64,000 bases of DNA from Microvirga sp. (GTDB taxonomy: Bacteria > Pseudomonadota > Alphaproteobacteria > Rhizobiales > Beijerinckiaceae), in the NCBI GenBank assembly GCA_036263675.1, contig DATAGO010000053.1:48902-112901 (forward strand). The letters are read 5' to 3'. Numbering within the stretch: the stretch's first letter is position 1; the number at the start of each line of letters is the position of its first letter. Positions 29,209-39,560 of this stretch are shown here, in pieces. The position numbers and the translations under genes were made by a program. The notes under the pieces were generated by a model, which had not been told where the DNA came from, searched no databases, and saw nothing but the letters and a program-made list of their open reading frames with translations.

Positions 29209-29733
29209 TCAGCGCCGGAAGGAGCCGCGCCCGGGCGTCGGGTTGCCCCGGTCGGGCCCGCCGGTCGGCTGATCGCCCGCTTGCAGCACGGGCTCCTCGC
29301 GGCCGCGCAACTCGAGCGGCGGGCCGTTGGGATAGACCTGCGCGTCCGCGGCGCCGAGGGAGTAGAGATAGGCCGCGATGTGCCGCGCCTGCGCCTCCGA
29401 GAGACCGACCGGCGGCATCCCGGTCTGCGGGTCGATGCTTGGCGGATCGAGGAGCCAGGGCACGAGGTTGCGCGGGGTGTTGGGCAGGATCCCCGCGAGG
29501 AGCTTGCGCCCCGCATAATCCACCAGCGGCGGGCCGACGGTGCCGCGCGCGCCGCGCACCCCCTCGACGAGGTGGCACGTGCCGCAGCCGAACTGGCGGA
29601 TGAGGCCTCGCCCGTGCTCGGGATCGCCGCCGGCGACATGGAGGTGGGAAGGCGGCGCGGGCGCGTCGCCGCAGCCCGCGAGCCCTGCGAGGGCCGCGGC
29701 ACCGATCAGGCGGAGGAGCGTTCGTCCCGTCAT
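29209..29733 (-). CDS. c-type cytochrome (monohaem lipoprotein)
   Basis: Start trimmed to ATG at 29733 (MTGRTLLRLIGAAALAGLAGC, a lipobox). CGTCH haem motif with a distal Met in QTGMPPV. Confidence 0.7.
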   Translation of the reverse strand: MTGRTLLRLIGAAALAGLAGCGDAPAPPSHLHVAGGDPEHGRGLIRQFGCGTCHLVEGVRGARGTVGPPLVDYAGRKLLAGILPNTPRNLVPWLLDPPSIDPQTGMPPVGLSEAQARHIAAYLYSLGAADAQVYPNGPPLELRGREEPVLQAGDQPTGGPDRGNPTPGRGSFRR

Positions 29734-29938
29734 CGTCGGCCGCACTCTTCGTCGAATCGGCAAGCCCCTGGCCGCCGTCCCGGTTCCGCCGCAGCAGGAC
29801 CGGACGGGCCTTTCGGCGCGCGCCGGTTCCGCCGCCTCGGCGTCGTCCGGGACTGGACGGGCCTGCCGGAAGCTGGAACCATCGCGGTACCGCGGCGCTT
29901 GTCGCTCCAACGGCACAGCTTGAGAAGAATAGGGCGGG

Positions 29939-30964
29939 ATGGACCTCGGATCGACCCCGGACCGGCCGGCGGGTTGGCGCCGGCGCGCGGCTGCCGCGGT
30001 CGCCCTGGCGCTGCCCCTGCTCGGCGGCTGCCGCGGCGTCCAATCGGCCCTCGACGCCGCCGGGAGCGACGCGCGCACGCTCGAGCGCCTGAGCTGGGTC
30101 CTGTTCGGCGGCGGCACCGCGATCTTCCTCCTCGTGACGATGCTGCTGCTCTATGCGCTCTTCGCCCCCCCGGAGCGGCGGCACTGGCTCGGCACCCGGC
30201 GCACGATCGTGGTCGGCGGCCTCGTCTTCCCGATCGTGACGCTGACCGCGATCCTGACCTACGGCCTCGTGCTGCTGCGCGTCACCAACGCGGCCGGGGG
30301 CGGCGCGCCGCTGCGCATCGAGGTCGTGGGCGAGCAGTACTGGTGGCGGGTGCATTACCCCGCCGACGGGGACGCGCCGGCCTTCACGACCGCGAACGAG
30401 ATCCAGGTGCCGCTCGGCCGGCCCGTCGAGGTCGCGGTCACGAGCACGGACGTGATCCATTCGTTCTGGATCCCGAATTTCGCGGGCAAGATCGACATGA
30501 TCCCGGGCCGGGTGAATGCGCTCCGGTTCGACGTCGACCGGGCGGGAATCTACCGCGGCCAGTGCGCGGAGTTCTGCGGCGACCAGCACGCGCTCATGGC
30601 CTTCGACGTGGTGGCGCTCGAACCCGCGGCGTTCGCGGCCTGGCGGAGCGCGCAGGCGCGGCCCGCGGCGGCGCCGGGCGTGCCTCTCCTCGAGCAGGGC
30701 CGCCTCCTCTTCGCCCGCGGCGGCTGCGGCAACTGCCATGCGGTGCGGGGCACGGAGTTCTCAGGGCAACTCGGCCCGGACCTGACCCATGTGGGCAGCC
30801 GCCGCAGCATCGGGGCCGGGATGTTTCCCAACAATGCCGGCACGCTCGCGGGCTGGATCGCCGACACCCAGCACCTCAAGGGCGGCGCGCGCATGCCCTC
30901 CTACGGCTCGCTTTCCGGCGAGGAACTGCGGGCCATCGCGGGCTATCTGGAGAGCTTGAAGTGA
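29939..30964 (+). CDS. coxB: cytochrome c oxidase subunit II with a fused C-terminal cytochrome c domain (caa3 type)
   Basis: Lipoprotein-like leader (LLGGC) and two TM helices. The CuA site is HSFWIPNFAGKIDMIPG...CAEFCGDQHALM. The C-terminal CGNCH haem c motif is followed by GGARMPSY. Confidence 0.85.
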   Translation: MDLGSTPDRPAGWRRRAAAAVALALPLLGGCRGVQSALDAAGSDARTLERLSWVLFGGGTAIFLLVTMLLLYALFAPPERRHWLGTRRTIVVGGLVFPIVTLTAILTYGLVLLRVTNAAGGGAPLRIEVVGEQYWWRVHYPADGDAPAFTTANEIQVPLGRPVEVAVTSTDVIHSFWIPNFAGKIDMIPGRVNALRFDVDRAGIYRGQCAEFCGDQHALMAFDVVALEPAAFAAWRSAQARPAAAPGVPLLEQGRLLFARGGCGNCHAVRGTEFSGQLGPDLTHVGSRRSIGAGMFPNNAGTLAGWIADTQHLKGGARMPSYGSLSGEELRAIAGYLESLK

Positions 30965-33516
30965 AAGCGTCCCCGACGTCCGAAAACATCGATTATCCGA
31001 ACGCCGTCCCGCGCCCGCCCGGCGAGCTCGAGGAACTGAAGCGGATCTGGGCGAGCCCGAAGGGCTTCGCGATCGTCACCGACGTCAACAACACCAATGT
31101 GGGCCTGTGGTACGTCGGCACGGCGCTCCTGTTCTTCATCCTGGCCGGCATCCTGGCGCTGATCATGCGCACGCAGCTCGCGCTGCCGGAGAGCAACCTC
31201 GTCGGCCACGATTTCTACAACCAGCTCTTCACGATGCACGGCACCGTGATGATGTTCCTGTTCGCGGTGCCGGCGGTCGAGGCCGCGAGCGTCTACCTCC
31301 TCCCCAACATGCAGGCCGCGCGGGACCTGCCGTTCCCGCGTCTCTCCGCCTATGCGTTCTGGGCCTATTTCATCGGCGGGCTCGTGTTCTTCGGCAGCCT
31401 GTTCTGGGGCGTGGCGCCGAACACCGGCTGGTACATGTACCCGCCGCTCACGAGCTACCAGTATTCGCCGGGCGACAACGCCGACTGGTGGCTCCTCGGC
31501 ATCGGCTTCATCGAGATCTCGGCCATCGCGGGCGCGATCGAGATCATCGTCGGGGTGATGAAGACCCGCGCGGTCGGCATGAGCCTCGACCGGCTCCCCG
31601 TTTATTCCTGGGCCATGCTCGTCTTCGCGATCATGATCGTGGTGGGCTTCCCCGCCATCATCCTCGGCACCGTGCTGCTCGAACTGGAGCGCGCCTTCCA
31701 CTGGCCGTTCTTCATCGCCGAGAAGGGCGGCGATCCGCTCCTGTGGCAGCACCTGTTCTGGTTCTTCGGCCACCCGGAGGTCTACATCATCTTCCTGCCC
31801 GCCACCGGCATGGTCTCGATGATCGTGCCGACGGTCGCGCGCACCCCGCTCGTCGGCTACCGCCTCGTGGTGCTGGCGCTGATCGCCACGGGCTTCCTCT
31901 CCTTCGGCCTGTGGGTCCACCACATGTTCACCACCGGCCTGCCGAAGATTTCCTTGAGCTTCTTCTCGGCCGCGAGCACGGCGGTCGCGGTGCCCTCCGG
32001 CATCCAGGTCTTCGCCTGGATCGCCACCATCGCGGCGGGGCGCGTGAAGCTCACCACGCCCGCGCTCTTCATCATCGGCTTCCTGTTCATCTTCACGGCG
32101 GGCGGCCTCACGGGCGTCATGGTCGCGGTCGCGCCCTTCGACTGGCAGGCCCACGACACCTACTTCATCGTCGCCCACCTCCACTACGTGCTCATCGGCG
32201 GCATGGTGTTCCCGCTCTTCGCCGCCTTCTACTACTGGGCTCCCGTGGCCTCGAAGTGCCGGCTCTCCGAGCGCGTCGGGCGTTGGGTGTTCGGGCTGAT
32301 GTTCGCGGGCGTCAACGTGACGTTCTTCCCCATGCACGTCACGGGCCTGATCGGTATGCCGCGGCGGGTCTACACCTATCCGCAGGGGCTCGGCTGGGAC
32401 GCGCTCAACCTCGTCTCGACGGCGGGCGCCTTCATGATCGCGGCCGGCGTCGGGCTCTTCCTCTTCGACCTCGCCCGCAACTTCCGCATGGCGAGCGAGG
32501 ACAATGCCGGCAACGTCTGGGGCGCCGGCACCCTCGAATGGCTGCCGAACGGCGACTACGCCACCCGCAGCATCCCCACCGTCACGAGCCGCGATCCGCT
32601 CTGGGACCGGCCAGGCCTCTCCGACGAGGTCGAGGCCGGCCGCTGGTACCTTCCCGGCGCGCCCACCGGCGGGCGCGAGGCGCTCGTCACGAGCCCGATC
32701 GACGGGCGGCCGCAATACGTCCTGCAGATCCCCGGTCCGGGCTGGGCCCACGTGCTCGCGGCGGTGTTCACGGCGGCGTTCTTCCTGCTCCTGACCGTCA
32801 AGCTCGTGATGCCGTCCGTGGTCTGCGCCGTGATCGCGTTTGCTTGCGTGATCTGGTGGCTGTGGGAGACCGATCCCGGCCCGACCCGCCCGCCCGTCGA
32901 CATCGGCGGCGGCATCGTGCTCCCGGTCTACGTCACCGGGCCGATGAACCATTCCTGGTGGGCCATGATCGTGCTGATGGTCGTGTCCGGCATGACCTTC
33001 GCCTGCCTGCTGTTCTCCTATTTCTTCCTCTGGCTCGTGAATCCCGGCGCCTGGCCGCCCCCGGGCACAACCCTCCCCTCCCCGCTCTGGCCGCTGCTGG
33101 CCGGCGCGCTCTACCTCGCGGGCAGCGGCCTCGTGGCCTATGCGAGCGGGCGCCTGCGCGGCGAGGACCGGCGCCGGCCGCCGCGCGCGGTCCCGGCCTG
33201 CCTCGGCCTCGCGGTCGCGCTGATCCTCGCGGCCAGCACCGCCGACATCATGGCCCAGCTCCGCTCAGGTTTGAGTCCCGAGGCGCACGCCTACGGCGCG
33301 GCGGTCTACGCCATCGCCTCGCTCCAGGCCTTCTTCGTGGCCACCGTCGCGGTCATGGGGCTCTATACGATCGCGCGCTGGTGGGCCGGCAAGCTCGATA
33401 GCGTGCGCCGCTCCACCTTCGACAACACCATGCTGTTCTGGCACTACGCCACCGCGCAGGGGCTCACGGGGCTCATCGTGTCCTACGGCTTCCCCCGCGC
33501 CCTCGGAGCCGGGTGA
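30961..33516 (+). CDS. ctaD: cytochrome c oxidase subunit I fused to a subunit III-like C-terminal domain
   Basis: GTGA overlap with coxB. 851 aa. Subunit I motifs are FTMHGTVMMF, WFFGHPEVYI and HHMFTTG...VAHLHYVLIGG. The extra 290 aa or so contain 7 TM helices and end with a subunit III-like LFWHYATAQG. Confidence 0.85.
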   Translation: MKASPTSENIDYPNAVPRPPGELEELKRIWASPKGFAIVTDVNNTNVGLWYVGTALLFFILAGILALIMRTQLALPESNLVGHDFYNQLFTMHGTVMMFLFAVPAVEAASVYLLPNMQAARDLPFPRLSAYAFWAYFIGGLVFFGSLFWGVAPNTGWYMYPPLTSYQYSPGDNADWWLLGIGFIEISAIAGAIEIIVGVMKTRAVGMSLDRLPVYSWAMLVFAIMIVVGFPAIILGTVLLELERAFHWPFFIAEKGGDPLLWQHLFWFFGHPEVYIIFLPATGMVSMIVPTVARTPLVGYRLVVLALIATGFLSFGLWVHHMFTTGLPKISLSFFSAASTAVAVPSGIQVFAWIATIAAGRVKLTTPALFIIGFLFIFTAGGLTGVMVAVAPFDWQAHDTYFIVAHLHYVLIGGMVFPLFAAFYYWAPVASKCRLSERVGRWVFGLMFAGVNVTFFPMHVTGLIGMPRRVYTYPQGLGWDALNLVSTAGAFMIAAGVGLFLFDLARNFRMASEDNAGNVWGAGTLEWLPNGDYATRSIPTVTSRDPLWDRPGLSDEVEAGRWYLPGAPTGGREALVTSPIDGRPQYVLQIPGPGWAHVLAAVFTAAFFLLLTVKLVMPSVVCAVIAFACVIWWLWETDPGPTRPPVDIGGGIVLPVYVTGPMNHSWWAMIVLMVVSGMTFACLLFSYFFLWLVNPGAWPPPGTTLPSPLWPLLAGALYLAGSGLVAYASGRLRGEDRRRPPRAVPACLGLAVALILAASTADIMAQLRSGLSPEAHAYGAAVYAIASLQAFFVATVAVMGLYTIARWWAGKLDSVRRSTFDNTMLFWHYATAQGLTGLIVSYGFPRALGAG

Positions 33517-33917
33517 TGGCGGGCGACGGGATGCAGCGGGCGACCCCCGGCCGGCACGCGGAGCGCGAGCGGCCGGTCCTGCGCCTCCTCTTCGCCGCCG
33601 GCGGCTTCGTGGCCTGGGCGGCGCAGTTCGCGGTGATCTACGGCGTCGCGGGGGTGGCCTGCGCGCGCGGCTACGGCGGCGTCACGCTCCTCGGCATCGG
33701 TCTCGTGCCGTTCGCGATCCTCGCCGCCACCCTGCTCGCGCTCGCCGCGACGGCTCTCGTGACGCTGGCGGCGATGCGCGAGCGCTGGCGCATGAACGAG
33801 CGCACGGACCCGGCGGACCGATTCCTCAACACCGCCGCCCTCCTCGTCGGCGGCCTCGCGGCGGTCTCGATCCTCTGGCAGGGCCTGCCGGCGCTGATCG
33901 TGCCGGCCTGCCAGTAG
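33513..33917 (+). CDS. small integral membrane protein, probably oxidase-associated
   Basis: Overlaps the ctaD stop (GTGATG). 134 aa with three hydrophobic helices. I recognise no family, and the link to the oxidase is inferred from position only. Confidence 0.5.
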   Translation: MMAGDGMQRATPGRHAERERPVLRLLFAAGGFVAWAAQFAVIYGVAGVACARGYGGVTLLGIGLVPFAILAATLLALAATALVTLAAMRERWRMNERTDPADRFLNTAALLVGGLAAVSILWQGLPALIVPACQ

Positions 33918-33989
33918 GAGCCGGTCACCGCCGCTCGTCGCGGACGCCGATCGTGCCTGCCTGCGCGCAGGAGAGATCACCGCCGCTCG
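33896..33989. repeat. imperfect tandem duplication (period about 53 bp) spanning the 3' ends of two convergent genes
   Basis: Copy A at 33896-33937 is GATCGTGCCGGCCTGCCAGTAGGAGCCGGTCACCGCCGCTCG. Copy B at 33949-33989 is GATCGTGCCTGCCTGCGCGCAGGAGAGATCACCGCCGCTCG. A carries the real TAG of the plus gene and B carries the real stop (33977-33979) of the minus gene. Confidence 0.8.
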
Positions 33990-35617
33990 CCGTCGGCCCG
34001 GAACCAGCGAAAGCCGTAAGGGTCGAGCGCGATCGGCTTGGCGGCGTCCAGCATCGTCCGGTCGTCGCGGTTGCCGAACAGGGGCTTGAGCGTTTTGCGC
34101 CCTTCGAGGCGGACCTTCACGGTCGCGTCCCGGTCGGAGAGGTTGTGGAGGATGAGGAGCGTCGCGCCGCGCCAGTCGTAACGCAGCGCCAGCACCGCGC
34201 TCTCGTCGGTCTCGATCACCGTGCACCGGCCCCAGCCGACCTCCGGGCAACTGCGCCGGGTCCGCACCAGCCGCTGCACATTGTGCATCACGGTCCCGTC
34301 GAGGTCGCGCTGCGCCGCCACGTTCACGTCGTGGTAGCGGAAGGCGCCGCGCGACACCACGGGCCGCACGAGCGCCTTCGCGGGCGCGGTCGAGAAGGCC
34401 GCGTTGGGCTCGTCCGCCCATTGCATCGGGGTGCGCACGGAATTGCGCTCCGGCAGCGAGAGATCCTCGCCCATGCCGATCTCGTCGCCGTACCAGATCA
34501 CCGGCGTGCCGGGGAGCGCGAACATCAGGCTGAAGGCGAGCTTGATCCGGGCCACGTCGCCCCCGAGCATCGGCGCGAGCCGGCGGCGCACGCCGCGCTC
34601 GTAGGCCTGCATGGTGGGCTTCGGCCCAAAGGCCGCGAAGGCCTCCTTCCGTTCGGATTCGGTCAGCCGCCCGAGGTCGAGCTCGTCGTGGTTGCGCAGA
34701 AAGCAGGCCCATTGCGCGGCCGGAGGGATCGGCGGCGTGCGCGCCATGGTGCGCCGGATCGGCTCCGCGTCCCCGCGCGCGAAGGCCAGGAACGTGTACT
34801 GGTTCAGCATGAAGTTGAAGATCACGTGCAGCCGGTCGCCGTCGGGGCCGAAATACTCGTCGACCTCGTCCATGGTGATGTTGGCCTCGGCCAGCAACAT
34901 GGCCTCGGCGCGCCGCCAGGTGAGGAAGTCGCGCATCTCCTTGAGGTAGAGGTGCGGGTCCTGCTTGGGCTTCTGCGCTTCCGGCACGCCGCGGTACTCG
35001 ATCAGGAACGGCACCGCGTCGAGGCGGAAGCCCGCCACGCCGAGCTGGAGCCAGAAGCCCATCACCTTCTCGAGCTCCTCGCGCACCTCGGGATTGGCGA
35101 TGTTGAGGTCGGCCTGATGCTTGTAGAAGCGGTGCATGTACCAGGCCTTGGCGACGCGGTCGTAGCTCCACGTCGTCGCCTGCACGCCCGGGAAGACCAC
35201 GCCCTCGTGGGCGTCCTTGGGCTTCTCGTCCGCCCACACGTACCAGTCGCGGTAGCGGGATTTCGGATCGCGCCGCGCGGCTTGAAACCACGGATGGTCG
35301 ATCGAGGTGTGGTTCGCGACGAGATCGATGATGACGCGAAGCCCGCGCTCGTTCGCGGCCCGGGTGAAGCCCACGAAATCGCCGAGCGTCCCGAGCCGCG
35401 GGTCGACGCCGTAGAAGTCGGTCACGTCGTAGCCGTTGTCGCGGTTCGGCGTGGGATAGAACGGCAGCAGCCAGACGCAGGTGGCGCCGAGCGCCTCGAT
35501 GTGGTCGAGCCTGTCGGTGAGGCCGCTGAAATCGCCGACGCCGTCCCCGTTCGAGTCCATGAAGGTCTCGACGTCGACGCAATAGATCACCGCGTTCTTG
35601 TACCAGAGGTCGAGCAT
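33977..35617 (-). CDS. GH13 alpha-amylase family protein, trehalose-synthase-like
   Basis: 546 aa. The N-terminus WYKNAVIYCVDVETFMDSNGDGVGDFSGL and motifs LVANHTS, GFRLDAVPF, LLAEAN and LRNHDE are GH13 regions I-IV. The overall look is TreS-like. Confidence 0.8.
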   Translation of the reverse strand: MLDLWYKNAVIYCVDVETFMDSNGDGVGDFSGLTDRLDHIEALGATCVWLLPFYPTPNRDNGYDVTDFYGVDPRLGTLGDFVGFTRAANERGLRVIIDLVANHTSIDHPWFQAARRDPKSRYRDWYVWADEKPKDAHEGVVFPGVQATTWSYDRVAKAWYMHRFYKHQADLNIANPEVREELEKVMGFWLQLGVAGFRLDAVPFLIEYRGVPEAQKPKQDPHLYLKEMRDFLTWRRAEAMLLAEANITMDEVDEYFGPDGDRLHVIFNFMLNQYTFLAFARGDAEPIRRTMARTPPIPPAAQWACFLRNHDELDLGRLTESERKEAFAAFGPKPTMQAYERGVRRRLAPMLGGDVARIKLAFSLMFALPGTPVIWYGDEIGMGEDLSLPERNSVRTPMQWADEPNAAFSTAPAKALVRPVVSRGAFRYHDVNVAAQRDLDGTVMHNVQRLVRTRRSCPEVGWGRCTVIETDESAVLALRYDWRGATLLILHNLSDRDATVKVRLEGRKTLKPLFGNRDDRTMLDAAKPIALDPYGFRWFRADGERR

Positions 35618-35679
35618 GGAACGTCCTCGCTGGGGATGCGTCCGGGATGCGCCGGAGCCGGCTCCGGCCGGCGGCCGCT

Positions 35680-36795
35680 TCAGGTGATGCGGGGGGCCGC
35701 CCGCTCGCGGGCGGGCAGGCGGCTGTCGCGGGCGTCGCTCCTGGCGCCGCTCCTGGCGCCGAAATGCCAGGCGGCCGCGACCGCACCGGCGACGCAGCCG
35801 AGCGCCACCGCGGCCAGGGCTCCCCGGGCGGTCTGCCCGGACACCGCCACCACGCTGTCGCGGGAGCGCTCCGCGAAGCGGCCGCGCGCGCCGGGATCGC
35901 CGGTGGGAGCGTCGAACAGGTTGCCGTCCCGCGGTTCGGCGGGTTCGCCCGTCATCTGGCCGGGCCAGGCCTGGCGCGCCATCATGCGGTCGAGGAGGCC
36001 CGGCAGCACCATGGTGCCGAGGATGGCCTGCACGGTGGGACCGCCGACCCAGAGCTCGCGCGGCGCCTCACGGGCCGCGCGCAGGATCGCGTCCGCCACC
36101 GGCTCCGGCTCGTGGATCGGCGGCACCGGCTGCAAACGCTGGTCGAGATGGCTGCGCGCCCAGTCGAATTGCGGCGTGTCGACGGCGGGCAACTGCACCA
36201 TGGTGAGGCGGATGCGGCTGCCCTCGTGCTGCAGCTCGCTGCGCAGCGAATCCGTGAAGCCGCGCACCGCGAACTTCGCCGCGCAATAGGCCGATTGCAG
36301 CGGGATGGAGCGGTAGCTGAGCGCCGAGCCGACCTGCACGATCGTGCCCCGGTCCCGCGCCCGCATGTGGCGCAGCGCCGCCAGCGTGCCGTGGACCTGG
36401 CCGAGATAGGTGACCTCCGTGACGCGGCGGATCTCCTCGGGGCTCAGGGACGAGATCGGCCCGTAAACCGTCGCCATGGCGTTGTTGACCCAGACGTCGA
36501 TGCGCCCCCACGCGGCCAGGACCGCGTCCGCGGCCGCGTCGACGGCGCGGGAATCGGCGACGTCGGCCGGGAGGGCGAGCGCCCGGCCGCCGGCCGCCTC
36601 GATCTCCCGGACCGCGGATGCGAGGCGTTCGCGTCCGCGCGCGATGAGCGCCACGTGCCAGCCCTCGCGGGCGAAGGCGAGCGCGACGGCGCGGCCGATG
36701 CCGGCCGACGCCCCGGTGACGACCACGACCGGCGCGGACCGCCTCTCCCGCGGGCCGTCCGCCCGCTCGCTGCCTTCGTGGCTCGGTTCGGTCAT
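35680..36795 (-). CDS. short-chain dehydrogenase/reductase (SDR) with a C-terminal membrane-anchor-like extension
   Basis: VVVTGASAGIGRA (TGxxxGxG), NNAM, and S...YCAAK (YxxxK). The C-terminal tail ends in a hydrophobic segment, LAAVALGCVAGAVAAAW. Confidence 0.85.
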   Translation of the reverse strand: MTEPSHEGSERADGPRERRSAPVVVVTGASAGIGRAVALAFAREGWHVALIARGRERLASAVREIEAAGGRALALPADVADSRAVDAAADAVLAAWGRIDVWVNNAMATVYGPISSLSPEEIRRVTEVTYLGQVHGTLAALRHMRARDRGTIVQVGSALSYRSIPLQSAYCAAKFAVRGFTDSLRSELQHEGSRIRLTMVQLPAVDTPQFDWARSHLDQRLQPVPPIHEPEPVADAILRAAREAPRELWVGGPTVQAILGTMVLPGLLDRMMARQAWPGQMTGEPAEPRDGNLFDAPTGDPGARGRFAERSRDSVVAVSGQTARGALAAVALGCVAGAVAAAWHFGARSGARSDARDSRLPARERAAPRIT

Positions 36796-37156
36796 GGCTC
36801 GCTCTCCTGGGCGTCGGGCAGCATCCCGCGGGTCGCGCGGTCGTCCGGATGCGTGGGCCGGAAGGCCCGGCCCCCCGGCGGACGGCCGCGCAGCGTCCCC
36901 GGCGTCGGGCGAGGCCGGACCCGCCGCTCGGTCCAGTCCCGGCGCGCCGATGCCGGCCGCGGGAATGCGCGTCCCGCCGCATCAGAGCGACAACCGGAAC
37001 GGTCAAGCTAGGTTCCCTTGCCGGGTTCGCGATCCCGGGCAGGACGTTCGAAGCCGTCCCGGGCGCCACCCCCCGCCGCGGAACCGATCGACCGTTTCGG
37101 AATTCGCCTCACGTCCCCTCCCCAGCCGATCCCCGTCGAGACACGGAGCCACGCCC

Positions 37157-38746
<1,590 letters not shown>

Positions 38747-38942
38747 TCAGCGGCCGCACGAAGGGCCGGTGATCGCCCTGCGAGCGGCGGCGCTTCGGGA
38801 GCGCGGCGACACGGCATCGTGATGAGAAGCCCGTTGCGTCCGGAGGCGGCCTCGGCGACGACCGGCCGAAACTTGGCCGCGCCACCGGCGTTGATAGGGG
38901 GCCGGAACAAAGAAGAACATCCGTCGCAGCCGAGGTCGCACA

Positions 38943-39455
38943 ATGGGTCATCCGCTCCGCTTCAACACGGGGGACGTGAGCGTCGATGCCCGCCTGCTGC
39001 GGCTGGAGGCGCTCGCGAGCCAGCCCTCGCGCACGATGGCGGACGGCCTCGTGCTCGAGGAATGGATCGATCGCGTCCTCGCCGAGATGCGCGGGCTGCC
39101 CCACGACGTCCTCCGCCGCCTCAAGCCCGAGAGCCTGTATTCCTGGGACAGCCCGCGCAAATGGGATCCGCTGCGCATCGGATCCTGGCACGCGCGGGTC
39201 TCGGCCGACCTGCGGCAGCGCCTCGCCGGTCTGATCGACCCCAGCCGGGCCGGCACCGCCGCGCCGGCCGACATCTCGTCCTCGATGGGCGTGACGCATT
39301 CCTACCGCCACTACCTGCGCGAGGGCCTCGAGGCCGTCTACGGGAACGAGGCGGCCGCCCTGCCCGAGGCCATGCTCGAACAGGTCGCGCGCATGGCGGC
39401 CGCGCAGGGCGAGACCGCGCGGGCCGACGCGGACGCGCCCGCGCCGGTCGGCTGA
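38943..39455 (+). CDS. hypothetical protein
   Basis: 170-aa ORF with reasonable GC3 bias. No motif recognised. Confidence 0.4.
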   Translation: MGHPLRFNTGDVSVDARLLRLEALASQPSRTMADGLVLEEWIDRVLAEMRGLPHDVLRRLKPESLYSWDSPRKWDPLRIGSWHARVSADLRQRLAGLIDPSRAGTAAPADISSSMGVTHSYRHYLREGLEAVYGNEAAALPEAMLEQVARMAAAQGETARADADAPAPVG

Positions 39456-39560
39456 GCGGATCGCGTCCGCTCACTCCCCTTGCACTTCGCGCCCCGGTCG
39501 GGGATGTCGGGATGCGCGGCCGTCCGGTCGCCCGTCGCGATCCACACAGGTGAGTCCCCC

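Noticed and set aside
22243-30739. Long antisense or alternative-frame ORFs over the act/cox cluster (22243-26031 minus, 22938-25832 plus, 25780-27135 plus, 28115-30739 minus, and the upstream part of 28321-33516)
   Set aside because: They overlap genes that have unambiguous haem, FeS, CuA and haem-copper motifs. Their translations are low-complexity Arg/Gly/Pro strings.
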